From NCBI GenBank assembly GCA_026936335.1, contig JAPMXV010000068.1:62001-126000 (forward strand): a stretch of 64,000 nucleotides of DNA, written 5' to 3'. The DNA is from Mantamonas sphyraenae STR306 (lineage: Eukaryota; Protista; CRuMs). Below, piece after piece: positions 11,154 through 23,144 of this stretch (the first letter of the stretch is position 1; every line of letters starts with the position of its first letter). The notes beneath the pieces were generated by a model. The model did not search any database. It saw only the letters and a program-made list of their open reading frames with translations, and was not told where the DNA came from. Both the position numbers and the translations under genes were made by a program.

Positions 11154-11495
11154 TCAGGAGGAGGAGGAGGAAGCGTCGTCGGCAGCGTCGTTGTCTTCAG
11201 GAAGCTGCCAGTAGGAGTTCCACTGCTGACGAGCCCAGGCCTGGGGACGGGAAAATACATGCTCACGGCCTTCCGGGTCCTCATAATTTGTGGCTACGAG
11301 GAGTCCCATGGCCATGGCAAAGGTGAGGATGGCTGTGCCGGCCTTGTTGAAGGATTGCATCTGCGTCGGGGCAAAGGCGGCCTCCTTGGGCATGGCCGAG
11401 AGGTCTGTGGCAGCGGCGACGTCGCGGCTGCTCTGCCAGTTGTCGGGTTGGCGGGGAGGGGCTTTGTTGCGAAGAATGCGCAGCAGGGGACGCAT
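11154..11495 (-). CDS. Small single-TM protein (113 aa), possible mitochondrial presequence
   Basis: MRPLLRILRNK start, hydrophobic AILTFAMAMGLLVA, then EGREHVFSRPQAW. Fits the local gene spacing. Confidence 0.6.
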   Translation of the reverse strand: MRPLLRILRNKAPPRQPDNWQSSRDVAAATDLSAMPKEAAFAPTQMQSFNKAGTAILTFAMAMGLLVATNYEDPEGREHVFSRPQAWARQQWNSYWQLPEDNDAADDASSSSS

Positions 11496-11594
11496 GGCTG
11501 GCGAGGAAACGATTGGTGGAGCACACTGGTGGCAACGGCGCAGGCTGGCGTGCAAGAAGGGGGAAAGAAGGGTGAGGAGCAGGACATGGTTGAT

Positions 11595-12071
11595 TTACTC
11601 GGAGGACGGGTGCGCAGGGTTGGGAGTGTGTGTGGCATCCGTGGTGGGCAAGGGAGAGGCGTCGTGACGGAAAACAAGGCCCGAGGAAGATCCCGGGTGC
11701 ATATGAGCGACCCAGGGAGCCATTACATGTGCGCCATTCTGAATGGTAATGGTAGCGAGGGTGAGAGTGTGGCTGTACAAAGGCAGCTGCAACGGGGCAG
11801 CAGGAGGGGGAGGAGAACTGGGTTGAGAAGTTTCCAAGTTCTCCTGCTCCTTCTCCAGGCGAATCTGTTTGCGAACGCCGTGGAGATGGAGGGCCATGAG
11901 CCCTGCAGGGACCACGGCAAGGAGAGCCATGGCGAGGTGCCACAGTGGGGTTGGCTTGAGAAGTGGGCGAGGTTGGAACAGCTCCTGCATGGCCTCCAGG
12001 GACATCCGTGGGCTAGGAGCCAGTGTGGCGGGCCCTGGGGGACGTTTGGAGGGCAGAGCACTCTCCTCCAT
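11595..12071 (-). CDS. Hypothetical single-TM protein (~158 aa)
   Basis: ATG 12071; hydrophobic LWHLAMALLAVVPAGLMAL followed by charged RKQIRLEKEQE. It fills an otherwise empty gap; no family recognised. Confidence 0.45.
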   Translation of the reverse strand: MEESALPSKRPPGPATLAPSPRMSLEAMQELFQPRPLLKPTPLWHLAMALLAVVPAGLMALHLHGVRKQIRLEKEQENLETSQPSSPPPPAAPLQLPLYSHTLTLATITIQNGAHVMAPWVAHMHPGSSSGLVFRHDASPLPTTDATHTPNPAHPSSE

Positions 12072-12127
12072 TGAATGGCACGGGGTTCTGTGTGTGGTTT
12101 GGGGCCGCTGGCGCAACCAAGTGGGCC

Positions 12128-12788
12128 ATGTCCTCGGAACTGGAGTCGCAGGAGAGTCTGCAGGACGATAAGGACACCGACAGGACACTGGAAGAAACGA
12201 CAGAGGATGTCGGGGTGGTGGGTGAGCAAGAGACACACACAGGGGAAGAGGGGGACGAAGAGGTGGACGAGGAAGACGAGGAAGACGAGGCGGCGTCGTC
12301 GCGGCGTCGCTTGGTGCCTGTTGATGATGATGAAGAGGAGGGGGAGGACCCTGAGCTCAGTGACGACTATCAGATCAACGTGAGCACAAAGATGTTCTAT
12401 GGCGGCTTTTTGATGCTTCCTCTGCTGTGGCTAGTCAATGTGTTTCATTTCCGCCACGCTCTGACGGGTTCCCGGCCCGCGCATGACGTCGTCAAGAAGA
12501 GTAGGTGATGAGAGATCAGGGAGGGAGGCCATGCGTGTGCTGGACGAGAAGAAGGGAGGAGGGAGAGAGGGCACAGTCAGACGAGAGGTGAATGATGGAA
12601 ACCGAGTGTATGGCGGCAACGAGGAGGATGCTGACCCATAGAACCGTCACACAGATGTTCGCAACTCCTTGATTGGCTTTGTGGTTGCTTCGGCTCTGTT
12701 TTTTACGTGGATGGGCGTGTTTCTGAGCAACCGAGAGGCGTGGGGTCTGCAAGGGGACCTGTTGTCTGCGTACATCCCACGCGGATAA
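12128..12788 (+). CDS. PSENEN: Gamma-secretase subunit PEN-2 with acidic N-terminal extension (168 aa)
   Basis: Exons 12128-12500 and 12655-12788 (154-nt intron GTAGGT..CTGAC..CACAG). MFYGGFLMLPLLWLVN and WGLQGDLLSAYIPRG* match PEN-2 (YYLGGFAFLPFLWLVN, WGALGDYLSFTIPLG). Confidence 0.9.
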
Positions 12789-13071
12789 CGCGGTGGTCTG
12801 CTGAACTGAATAGCGAATGAAATGGCTGGTTTCGTGTCCATTTGGCGGCTGTGCCGAGGGTGGGTGATCCGGTGTGTTGGCCGTTTCCCACCAGGAAACG
12901 GAACCGAAGGTGCAGACAACGAGACTTTGTTGAGGCCGCAGTCACCGGCGGTGGGTTCGAAACACATAGGGGTTTGCTGTGGGAGGTTCCCTGTCCGAAC
13001 CCACATGCGCAAGGTATTTATGGTCGATGTGCGAAAACGCGCCCAACCACACACACGAACCTTCTTTCCGC

Positions 13072-14181
13072 ATGAGCACGACTGAAGGCAGTGAGAACGC
13101 AAACACCACCGTAGTGGTGACTGGCGCCAACGGCTATCTGGCGTCCTGGATTGTCCAGAAGCTGCTGGAGAAAGGGTACACCGTTCGCGGGACGGTCCGC
13201 GACGCCTCGAACGAAAAGAAGACAGAGCATCTGCTCGAGATGGAGGGAGCCAGCGAGCGTCTCAAGCTCTACAGTGCGACGTTTGACGAGGATGGATCGT
13301 TTGACGCTGTGATGGAGGGCGCAGACGTGCTGCTCCACACTGCGTCGCCGTTCCACATGACGGTGGAGGACGGCCAACGCGACTTGATTGACCCTGCAGT
13401 GGCTGGGACCAAGTCGGCTCTGTACAGCGCAAAGAAGGCTGGCACGATCAAGCGCGTGGTGTTGACGTCGTCGAATGCTGCGGTTCAGGACGAAATCGAC
13501 GAGTCGATCGTCTACGATGGCACCCAGTGGAACGAACTGTCGACAGCCAAGCGCAACCCGTACTATGCAAGCAAAACCCAAGCCGAAAAGGCAGCCTGGG
13601 CCGTCGCGGAGGAGGACGACACCGAGTTTGATTTGGTCTCAATCAACCCGTACTTGATCCTGGGTCCTGGAGCGAACCCAAGCCCGAGTGCGTCTGGCGA
13701 GCTGGTCCGTCAGCTGCTGGAAGGCGAGTTCCCGGCGGTGGTGGCGATGCAGATGGGCATTGTGGACGTGCGCGACGTGGCTGAGGCACACATCCGCGCG
13801 TTCGAGAGGAAGGAGGCCAACGGACGCTACTACATGGTGGCAGGATCACCGTGGCTGGCAGACATGGCCAAGGTCATGCTGGAAATGGAGGAGGCGAAGG
13901 ACTACCCGATCCCTACGACGGATTTCACCGGTTGGTTCGGCCGCCAGCTGACATGGCTGGGCAGCTTTGGCGACCCCAATGGGGAGCTGATCCGATGCAA
14001 CCTGAACAAGACGCTGTCGTTTGACTGCAGCAAGGTGAAGAACGAGTTGTTTGACGGCAAAGAGCTGATTCCGTGGGAGGAATCCCTGCAGGAGATGGTC
14101 CGCTTCCTGCTGGAGTCGGGCACCGTGCCGCCCCTGGAAACCGATGCCAAGGGCAAGAAGAAGCTGGTGAAGAAGAAGTGA
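13072..14181 (+). CDS. NAD(P)-dependent epimerase/dehydratase, DFR/CCR/aldehyde-reductase-like extended SDR
   Basis: VTGANGYLAS, GTVRD, HTASP, TSS, YYASK, VDVRDVAEAH. Confidence 0.92.
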   Translation: MSTTEGSENANTTVVVTGANGYLASWIVQKLLEKGYTVRGTVRDASNEKKTEHLLEMEGASERLKLYSATFDEDGSFDAVMEGADVLLHTASPFHMTVEDGQRDLIDPAVAGTKSALYSAKKAGTIKRVVLTSSNAAVQDEIDESIVYDGTQWNELSTAKRNPYYASKTQAEKAAWAVAEEDDTEFDLVSINPYLILGPGANPSPSASGELVRQLLEGEFPAVVAMQMGIVDVRDVAEAHIRAFERKEANGRYYMVAGSPWLADMAKVMLEMEEAKDYPIPTTDFTGWFGRQLTWLGSFGDPNGELIRCNLNKTLSFDCSKVKNELFDGKELIPWEESLQEMVRFLLESGTVPPLETDAKGKKKLVKKK

Positions 14182-14264
14182 ATGCAAATGTGGGGCAGAA
14201 TGAAGACTGAAATGAAGAGAGGCGGGCGAACGCAGGCCCAACAGAAACCCCTTTTGTCGCAGCC

Positions 14265-17200
14265 ATGGACACGGACGATACCGTGGAAGTGCACGAGTTG
14301 GATGAAGACACTGTGGTGGTGAGCGACCCGGTGGCAGGCGAGAAGGAGGCCGGAGACGTGGACAAGGTGGAGGGAGCAGAGGGCGGGGAAGGAGAGGAGG
14401 GCGAGGAGGGCGAAGAAGGCGAGGAAGAGGAGGAAGAGGAGGAGGAAGAGGAAGAGGAGCAGGTGTGGGAGGTGGCGCCGCCGCCCACCAACGAGGAAGG
14501 CCAGATTTCGTCCTCGTACTACTATCCAGACTCTGTGTTTGACTACCCGGAGGAAGACGGCGTGCTGCCGCACGAGTTCATCACGCTAGTGTAGGTTACA
14601 CAGAGAGCAGCGCAGGCGCAGAGGGCCATCCATGCATTGCATCAGCCCTACACACGTGGCTGGGCCTGCTTTTCCACGTGGCAGCAGCTGTCCCACGCCG
14701 GCACGGGCCAAAGAGCGTTTCGTCGCCAACGGTCGAAATCGCCCGCGCTCTGCGTTTTTGCTGACGCCTCGCACTTTGCTCTCGCCTGCCCGCACACACG
14801 CACACACACACAGTACATCGACAGGTTTTGAGTTTGCGCGGCGTAACAACCTGCAGTTTGTGAGCGACACCGAGATTGTGTTTGCAGCAGGCAACACAGT
14901 TCAGCTGATGAACTTGCACACCTTTGTGCGTCAGATCATCCACGTGGGACGCGGTGGCGAAGGTATTGGCAGCGTGACGGTGCATCCGTCTCGCCAGTAC
15001 ATTGCCATTGGCGAATGTGCCCCGCGCTTCCCGCAGATCTTCATCTACGAGTATCCGGCGCTGCGTTTGTACCGTGTGCTGCGCCGGGGCACCGAGCGCG
15101 CCTACGTGGACATGTGCTTCAGCAGCAACGGCACCAAACTGGCTTCGGTGGGCTCCTATCCAGATTACCGCCTTGTGATTTGGGACTGGAAGCAGGAGCT
15201 GATTGTGCAGCGCGCAAAGGCGTTTTCGCAGGACGTGTACCGGGTCACGTTCAGTCCGGAGAACGAGGGCCAGCTCACAACGTCGGGCATGGGCCACATC
15301 AAGTTTTGGAAGATGGCCAGCACCTTTACGGGTCTCAAGCTGCAGGGTGCGCTGGGCAAGTTTGGCAACGTGGAGATTTCAGACATCCCTGGATACGTGG
15401 AGCTGCCGGACGGCAAGGTGCTGTCGGGCTCGGAGGAAGGGAACATGCTGCTGTGGGACGGCGGACTGATCAAGTGCGAGATTGCCAAGAAGGACGGCGC
15501 GCCGTGCCACAGGGGCATGATCGAGGTGATTGCCTTGGACGAGGGCGAACTCATCACAGCCGGCCATGATGGCTACATCAAAATCTGGGACTTTGCCACG
15601 TTGGACAACGCAGACATCACCGACGAGAACCCTGTGTTTGGGCTGGATGCCATCGACGAGATCCTGGTGGGTGACGACGTTCACATCCGCAACCTGGTCA
15701 AGGGGGCCAACGTGTGGTACGCCCAGGACGACAACGGCGTGCTGTGGGCTGTGGATCTCAACGCACGTCGCTCCGATGTCGTCTTCAACTGCCACGCAGG
15801 GCCCATCCACGCCATGGACACGTCGCCCATGTCGCACCACGCCGTCACGGCAGGCCGCGACGGAGGCGTGCGTCTGTTTGACTACGTGGCCGGCCGCGAC
15901 GTGGTCATCAACGACTACGACACGCCTGCAACCAGCCTGCGTTTTGCCCCGGTCAACGTGGACAGCGAAGGCCGCACGCTGGCAGTGGGTTTTGGCTCGG
16001 GGTTGGTGCGTGTGCTGTGGCGCTACCAGGCCAACCTGAAGCTTGTGGCTGTGTTCAAACCGCACACCCAGGCTGTGACGGCCATCGAGTATTCACCCGA
16101 CGCAAAGGTGCTTGCGACGGCCAGCGAAGACGGCAGTGTGTTCTTCCTGGACGTGGCGCACATGTACGTGCCACTGGGCTTTGTGCGCATCGATGCACGC
16201 GTCACGTGCATCACCTGGCGCGAAGACGCACAGGTGCTGCTTGTGGGCACCGAGGTGGGCACGGTGGTGCAGATTGACGCAAGCAAGGTGCTGCAAACAA
16301 AGGCATCGGACGACTTTGAGCTCACGCTGCCGCTGCGCACGTTTACCCTTCACATGGAAGAGGAGGAGGAAGAGGCACAGGACGAGAAGAAGGGCGACAA
16401 GGCAGGCAAGAAGAAGGGCGGTGGGGCCAAGACCGGGGCCGCGAGCGGCAAGGGCACGGATCTGAGCGACCTGGCGGAGCATGAAGAGGGTGGACGGCGC
16501 AAGACGCTGGGCAAGGTGTTGTCGCTGCAATACTGCTCGCCGACGCAATTCTTTGTGTGCATGAGCAAGTACAACCCACACCTGGTGTACATGTGTTCGA
16601 TGGACTCTGGCTTGCCGCTGACGTCGCTGGAGTCACACGCAAGTGGCACAACCACGCTGTCGTACTCGCGCACGGGACGATACCTGGTCACGGGAGGAGT
16701 GAACGGATGCGTGCGCGTGTACCGCTCGACAACGCTGGACAAGCACTGGTGGGGCCACACGCACGCGGCACAGTACGGCGCTGTGCGTGCGGCCGTGTTG
16801 AGCTTTGACGACGCGTACCTGCTGACTGCAGGCAGCGACGGCATGTTGATGGTGTTGCGACAGCACGGAGAAGACGTGCACACGCCTGCGGTGAACCCCA
16901 ACACAAGCACAAACAAGCTGCTGCGACAAATCCACGTGGAGGACATCGACGGCACAGAGTACAGCATCAAAGAGGCCAAACTCAAGGCAGACGCAGACAA
17001 GCGCATGCAGGAGGCCGAAGTGAAGAAGCAGGCAGTGCGTGCCCACCTGGCCGGCATCCGCGAGTCGTTTGTGGAGCTGATGCGCGAGAATGACAAGATT
17101 CCCACGCACATCCAACTGAACAGACAGGACTTTAAGCTGGACCCGGAGTTGGTGGACTCTGTGGCCAAGGAGATCGATGACCGCATTGCTTCGGTGCGCA

Positions 17201-19866
17201 AGGAGATGGCGTACGAAGCAGAGGAAAAGACCACACGCGTGCGCAAGCTGGAGGAGCGCTTCTTGGCCAACGTGGCTGTGGACCACATTGTGCTGCACGG
17301 CATCCGCAGTGCACGGCAGGTGAGCTCGTTTCGCGTGGCTCGCCTGCGTCCCGAACTGAAAGAGGCCATCCGTTCGGTGCACGAGGTGATTGATGAGGAG
17401 AGGCAGAACCGCGCGGCAGAGGAAGGCCCGCCGCGTCTGCGTGAGCCGCGTTCCGAGAGCTCTGCGTCGCTGAAAGGCCCGCTGGCAGCGTTGCAGGGCA
17501 CGGGAAGGTCGCGATCGTCAAGCAGCGCGTCGCGCATTTCGACCAAGCCGCCGGTGGGGATGACGCAGCAGGAGGCACGCAAGAAGGAAAAGGTGGAGCG
17601 GGAGAAGCGAATGGCGGCGTTGATGGCAGTGCAGCCGAAGCCAAACGAGATGGATGCGCAGGATCTGGAGGAGATCGAATGGGCGCAGAAGCACATGGGA
17701 AACAAGCAACTGAAGATGGACAAGGACTATGTGGTGCCCGAACACGAGCGCATCAACGCAGAGAAAAAGTGGCGGCAGATGGTGCTGCTGGAGGAGAACA
17801 TGTACCACATCAAGATGGACTTCAACGAACGCGTGTTTGCCCTGCGCGACCTGCGCGAACGCATCACGGAACAAACGCTGGAGAGCAACGCACGCATCGA
17901 AGCCATCAACACGGAGCTGGGCTTCCAGGAGGAGCTGTTTACGCCTGTGGACCACGCCGACCAGCACCCGGAGCGACGCATGGACTACACCGACGACACC
18001 GTGCGTGCATTCGGCCGCGAACGAGCACGCATGGCCGAAATCGAAAAGGCAAAGGCAAAGGCACGCCAGGGCGGAGGGTTCTCCCAGTTTGCAGGCGGTA
18101 GCTTTGGCGGCGGCGCAAACGCAGGAGGTGGAGTCGAAGGCACAGAGTCGGGAGCCGCAGGGGCTTCGTCTTCCTCGAGCACAACCTCCTCCTCCTCGTC
18201 CTCCTCCACGTCCAGCGGCTCGTCGTCCGCAGCCTCGGAAGCTGGAGAGGCCAGCAGCGGAATCACAGAGGGCGGCGAAGTCGGCATGGGCGATGCGCCG
18301 TTGGCACAGGCCGCACCGGAGGAGTTGGAAGGCGGAGTGGGCGGAGAGCAGGGAGGGGCACCGCGAGCTGGGGCTCACAAGGCCCATGGTCTGGTGTTGT
18401 CGCAGATGGAGACTGCGGAGCAACAGGCACACTTTCTGAAGCTGAAGTTTGAGAAGCAGGATCTGCTGGAGAAGATGGAAAAGATGGCCAATGGGTTCGA
18501 CCGCTCGCTGGAGGAGCTGCGCATTGTCAAGTTCCGGGTGGAGGGCGAGCTCAAGGCGGCAGACATGAAGCTTATCGTGCTGTACAAGGAGCTGATGCTG
18601 CTGAAGGAGTTTGAGAAGCGTGATGTGGAGCTTGCGACGCGGCTGGCAGCCAAGCAGCAGGAGAAGCTGGAGTGGCAGCGCAAGAGCAAGTCGTGCCTGG
18701 TGGAGATCCAGCGCAAGACACGTGAGGCGGAAGTGCTTGCGTCGCGTCAGGCGGACCTGATGGGCGAGTTTAACCGGCTTGTGGGCGAGCACAACAAGGC
18801 GTACGAGGCGTACCACAAGGTGTTTACCAAAAAGGTGAAGCGGTACAAACAGGCGACGTACGACGAGTTTGACGACTTTGACGACGACGACTTTGACGTG
18901 GACGACGACTTTGAGTTTGAAGAGGAGTCGGACGACGAGGGCGACGGTCTGCCGGCGGGTACGGAGGAAGAGCTGTACAATCAGGTGACGGTGCTGCGCG
19001 AAAAGAGGCAGGATCTGGACGAGATCTTTGCGGAAATCGAGGCAGCGAGCAGCCAGTTGCAGGACAACCAGGAGTCGTTCCTGAACAAGGAGCGATCGGT
19101 GGATGCAGCGCTTCAAGGAATCCGTGAGGAGATCCAGCAGTTCCAGCGGGAGAAGCAGCACAAGCTGAACCAGCTGGACGTGGTGCTGACCCTGAGGCTG
19201 CACCAAATCCAGTGTCTGGTGGACCGACGTCTGCCCACGCAACAGGACGAGTGCCTGGTGATCAACGTGTCGGGACTGGACGAGCTGAGCGGCCAAATCG
19301 AAAAGTTGGAGGAGGAGAACCGAGGTCTGAAGCGCACGCAGCGAGACTTGAAGAAGGAGCTGCAGGTGCGTGTGAAGGACATGAAGACACGACAGCAACG
19401 CATCCAGGAGCTGAAGGACAGGGCGTACGACGTGCAGATGCTCAAGTTTGGCCAAGAGATCGACTTGGACGTGCTGGAAAAGATGGGCATGAACAAGCCT
19501 GCGCAGGAGCTGAAGGAACAGCTGCAGACGGACGAGCAAAGGCGAGCCAAAGAGCTGTCGCAATGGCAGGAAAAGATCAACATGGCAAGGCAGGAGCTGG
19601 CACGCTGCACAAACGACAACACAAGCCGCCTGGCACGCCTGGGCGACCTGACACACTCACAGCAAAAGCTGGAGGCCATGCTCAACTCGACCCAGAATGT
19701 GCTCATGACCAACATGGTGGGACCCAAGGAGAAGGATCTGGAGGAGCGCGACCGGCTGTTGGACCTGGTGCGTTCGCGCACCGCAGAAATCGAAGTGCTG
19801 CGAGGCAAGATCGACGCCCTGTCCAGCAAGAGTGGCTACGTGATGATGGGAGCTGGAGGGCGATGA
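14265..19866 (+). CDS. CFAP44: Cilia- and flagella-associated protein 44 (WDR52), ~1792 aa
   Basis: Exons 14265-14590 and 14814-19866 (223-nt intron). WD40 region with LASVGSYPDY, KAFSQDVY, GHIKFWKMASTFTGLKLQGALGKFG; C-terminal coiled coil with QMLKFG. Confidence 0.93.
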
Positions 19867-19908
19867 AAGGAAGGAGGAGGAAAAGCAATGGAAGCATTTT
19901 CGTTCGTT

Positions 19909-20959
19909 TCACGAAGACGGCGTGGATGTGGACGCATCTGGGTCCGGACGCAGGCGGTCACGGACGGCGAGGATGAGACGTGCGAGCTGGACAAAGATGC
20001 AGTAGCCGATAAGGAGGCCAAAGTAGTAGATGGAGGCGGTATCGGAGGGGAGCCAGTTGAGGAAGAAATAGATCCACTCGTTGGTGGCAGCATACCAGAT
20101 CCAGCTGAAGAATGTGTACAGGAGAATGTAGCCAATGAGGATGGGCAAGTGGCCGTTGGTGACCGAGAGACGGTTGAGGGCCACCTCGACGATCAGGGCA
20201 ACCATGTTGAGGCCATGCTTGGCGACGTTGTCTGCGTTGCACAGCGAGATGGAAGGGTGTTCCAAAGGCGAACGGCGTGTCAGTGAACGGAAGAGGGTGG
20301 GATGTGTCATGGGCATGATGGCCATGGGATGACGAACGGTGTGTGCAGCGGGGTGGACAGTTTTGGGAGTGGGACGTGAGAAAAAACGGCAGCCGAGAGC
20401 TGAACATGTTGCCGAGGCACCGAGTTGCGAAACACAGGCACACAGGACGCAACGTACAATAGTTTCCTGGGTTGGAACTGAGGCCGGACAGGAGGGCCCA
20501 GTACACAATGTCTGTCATGACGGCATTGACGAGGACGGCCTCAAAGAGGACCCAGAGGAAGCGGTAGCCGACGGGCAGGAGCTCGTTCTGGTCACCGTCG
20601 GCCGAGTCCTTGCCAACCATGGGCTTGGTGCCTTGCTCGACCATGTCGAGGTCCTGGCCGTTGTTCTGGACCGACGCCAGAGATTGGACGTGCTTGTAGG
20701 TGAGGAAGGACGACACCAGAAAGTAGACACCCAGAAGCACAAAGCTCTGTTCCGTAAAGTAGCGAATCATGACCACAGGAGGCGATTCGACATAGTCGCC
20801 AATGTCTGTGGCCAGGATCCACAGGAAAAACACAAAGCGCAGGGCCATGAGGGTCTTGGGAGCCACAAGCGGACTCGTCACAAAGTCGGACAGCGTGTGC
20901 CTGTCCCACTTCATTCGGCGTGCCCAAAATGGCACAAACGTGTCTTGGTACCAACTCAT
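19909..20959 (-). CDS. Multi-pass membrane protein, FAR-17a/AIG1/rolling-stone-like (~274 aa)
   Basis: Exons 20959-20458 and 20231-19909 (226-nt intron GTACGT..GCAG). Motifs RYFTEQS, VYWALL, KHGLN, WIYFFLNW. Confidence 0.8.
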
Positions 20960-21062
20960 GATGCTGAGAAGAAAAGGGTGCCTCGGATGGTTTGCGGGCG
21001 GGGAAAGCGGGGTGAATTCTGCGTTGGGGGCGGCAGCGCAAACACAACCGACAACACCACAA

Positions 21063-22215
21063 ATGCCGTTTGGTCAGGTGGTGATCGGGCCGCCCGGGAG
21101 CGGGAAAAGCACATATTGCAACGGAATGGCACAGTTCCTGCAGGGGCTGGGACGGAAGGTGTGTGTGGTGAATCTGGATCCGGCCAACGACAACGTGCCG
21201 TACGAGGCCTCCATCGACATCAGCGAGCTGGTGAGTCTGGACACGGTGATGGAAGAACTGGGGTTGGGACCCAACGGCGGGCTCATCTACGCCATGGAGT
21301 ATCTGGAAAAGAACAGCGAGTGGCTGGAAAGCAGGCTGGCCGAATACAAGAACCACTACGTCGTGGTGGACACCCCAGGGCAGGTGGAGCTGTTTTGCCA
21401 CCATGACTCGCTGCGAAATATCCTCCATGGGTTTGAGAAGCGGTGGAACTATCGGGTGAGTGGTCGTGCGGGGGTGGGGAGAGACGTGACGTGGGGAATT
21501 GTGATGCTCGAGCGGAAACACTGACCCACAGTCGTCCTTTGGGTGACCATCCTCCACGCATCGACTCACATTGCCACGAGTTCAGTTGACATGTGTGCAT
21601 TTGGTGGATTCGCACTACTGCAGCGACCTGAGCAAGTTCATCAGCGTGCTGATGTTGTCTCTGTCGAGCATGGTGCAGCTGGAGCTGCCGCACCTGAATG
21701 TGCTGAGCAAGATCGACCTCATCAACCAGTACGGCAAGTTGGCGTTTCCGCTGTCCTTCTTCACCGAAGTCAACGACACAAGCATGATGCTGCCACACCT
21801 GGACGCCGATCCGTTTCTGGAGAGGTACGCGGCACTGAACGCAGCCATCTGCGAGTTGGTGGAGGACTATTCGCTGGTATCGTACAAAACACTGAACATC
21901 AACGACAAGAGCAGCGTGTATCAATTATTGAAGAGCATCGACAAGGCAAACGGGTTTGTGGCCACCAGCGGCAACCAGAGCGTGGACATGAACGACCCGC
22001 GTCTGTGGAGCACCGCAGGTGAGGACCAGTTTGAGAACGACGATCTGGTCTCCACACAGGCAGAGATGGTGGAGACAGTGGGGGCCACGGGGGCGGACGA
22101 CGACGAATGGCTCGGCAGCAGCTCGGGAAACAAGAGAGAGGCAGGTACAGAGGCAGGCACAGACACACGCGAGCAGTTGGATGCAGCGTTGGATGCGTTG
22201 GGTGAAGGTCTGTGA
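21063..22215 (+). CDS. GPN2: GPN-loop GTPase 2 (~340 aa)
   Basis: Exons 21063-21455 and 21586-22215 (130-nt intron). GPPGSGKSTYC, NLDPAND, LGPNG, DTPGQVEL, HLVDSHYCSD, LPHLNVLSKID. Confidence 0.93.
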
Positions 22216-22277
22216 TGTGAGTGGTGCAGCTGGGCGAATTCTGGCACCCTTGGCCACCAAAGCAAACCATTGACGCC

Positions 22278-23084
22278 ATGAGCACACTGGACAATGAATT
22301 CCTGGTGTCGCCGTTGGGTCAGCAGTTTGTAAAGAACGTGCTGGGAGGCTCGCTGCAGATCCAAGGTCTGGATCCGTTGAGCGGTGTGGATCGGACGCAA
22401 CTGGAACAGGGTAAAACGGCACAGTACAAGGTGATGCTGCTGGGCAACGCCGGAGCGGGCAAAACGACGGCAGCACAGACGCTGTGTCATCTGTGGGGAC
22501 GAGAGAAGCAGCAGCAGACACAAAAGAGCGGGGAGAAGAGCACACGGGACAAGAGCGGGAAAAAGAGCGGGAAAGGAGGCCACGTGGCCACCCAGGGCAT
22601 TCATGTACATTCGACCTGGTGGCCCGTGCGTGAAGAACGAGCGACGTTGCCCATGCTGGTGCGGTACGACGTGTGGGATGTGGGTGCAGACTCGCTGAAC
22701 AGCGTGAGCTACTTGCGCGCCAGTTGCAGCAAAGACGTGGACGCGTGTGTGCTTGTGGCCAATCTTTGCAACCCATCGTCGTTTGACGATATGCGCGAGC
22801 ACTTGGCCACGGCACAGGACATGGTGGGTGACCGTGGCGTGGTCTTGCTCCTCACTGTGGGCGACGAAAGCGTTCTGGAACACCAGGTGACGCAGGAGAA
22901 TCTGGACACACTGCGTGCAGAACTGGAGCTGCACATTATGCCCCTTTCGTGTCATGGCTACGGTGCATCATCCGACACGATTGTGGAGCAAGTGACAGGG
23001 GCGTGGGGCTGGATTAGTGAACGCCTGCTGCGACGGGATCTGCTCGTCGGCAGCAACAGCGGCAGCGATGGAACGAGCGATTGA
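22278..23084 (+). CDS. CPLANE2: Atypical small GTPase RSG1/CPLANE2-like
   Basis: YKVMLLGNAGAGKT, TQGIHVHSTWWP and YDVWDVG resemble human RSG1 (YKIFVSGKSGVGKT, TTGIQTTVVFWP, FEFWDCG). N-terminal FLVSPLGQQFV resembles WHESAEGKEYL. Confidence 0.72.
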   Translation: MSTLDNEFLVSPLGQQFVKNVLGGSLQIQGLDPLSGVDRTQLEQGKTAQYKVMLLGNAGAGKTTAAQTLCHLWGREKQQQTQKSGEKSTRDKSGKKSGKGGHVATQGIHVHSTWWPVREERATLPMLVRYDVWDVGADSLNSVSYLRASCSKDVDACVLVANLCNPSSFDDMREHLATAQDMVGDRGVVLLLTVGDESVLEHQVTQENLDTLRAELELHIMPLSCHGYGASSDTIVEQVTGAWGWISERLLRRDLLVGSNSGSDGTSD

Positions 23085-23144
23085 ATAATAGTAAACACAC
23101 ACACATGAAACAGGAATGTTGTTATTGTCTGGGCCGTTCGCGGG

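Noticed and set aside
12940-13020. tRNA (GGTTCGAAAC) or U4/U6 snRNA (TGCGCAAGG) identity for the structured spacer
   Set aside because: No cloverleaf could be built, and there is no U6 ACAGAGA box, U4 k-turn/stem I or Sm site. SRP and RNase P/MRP consensus motifs also did not fit.
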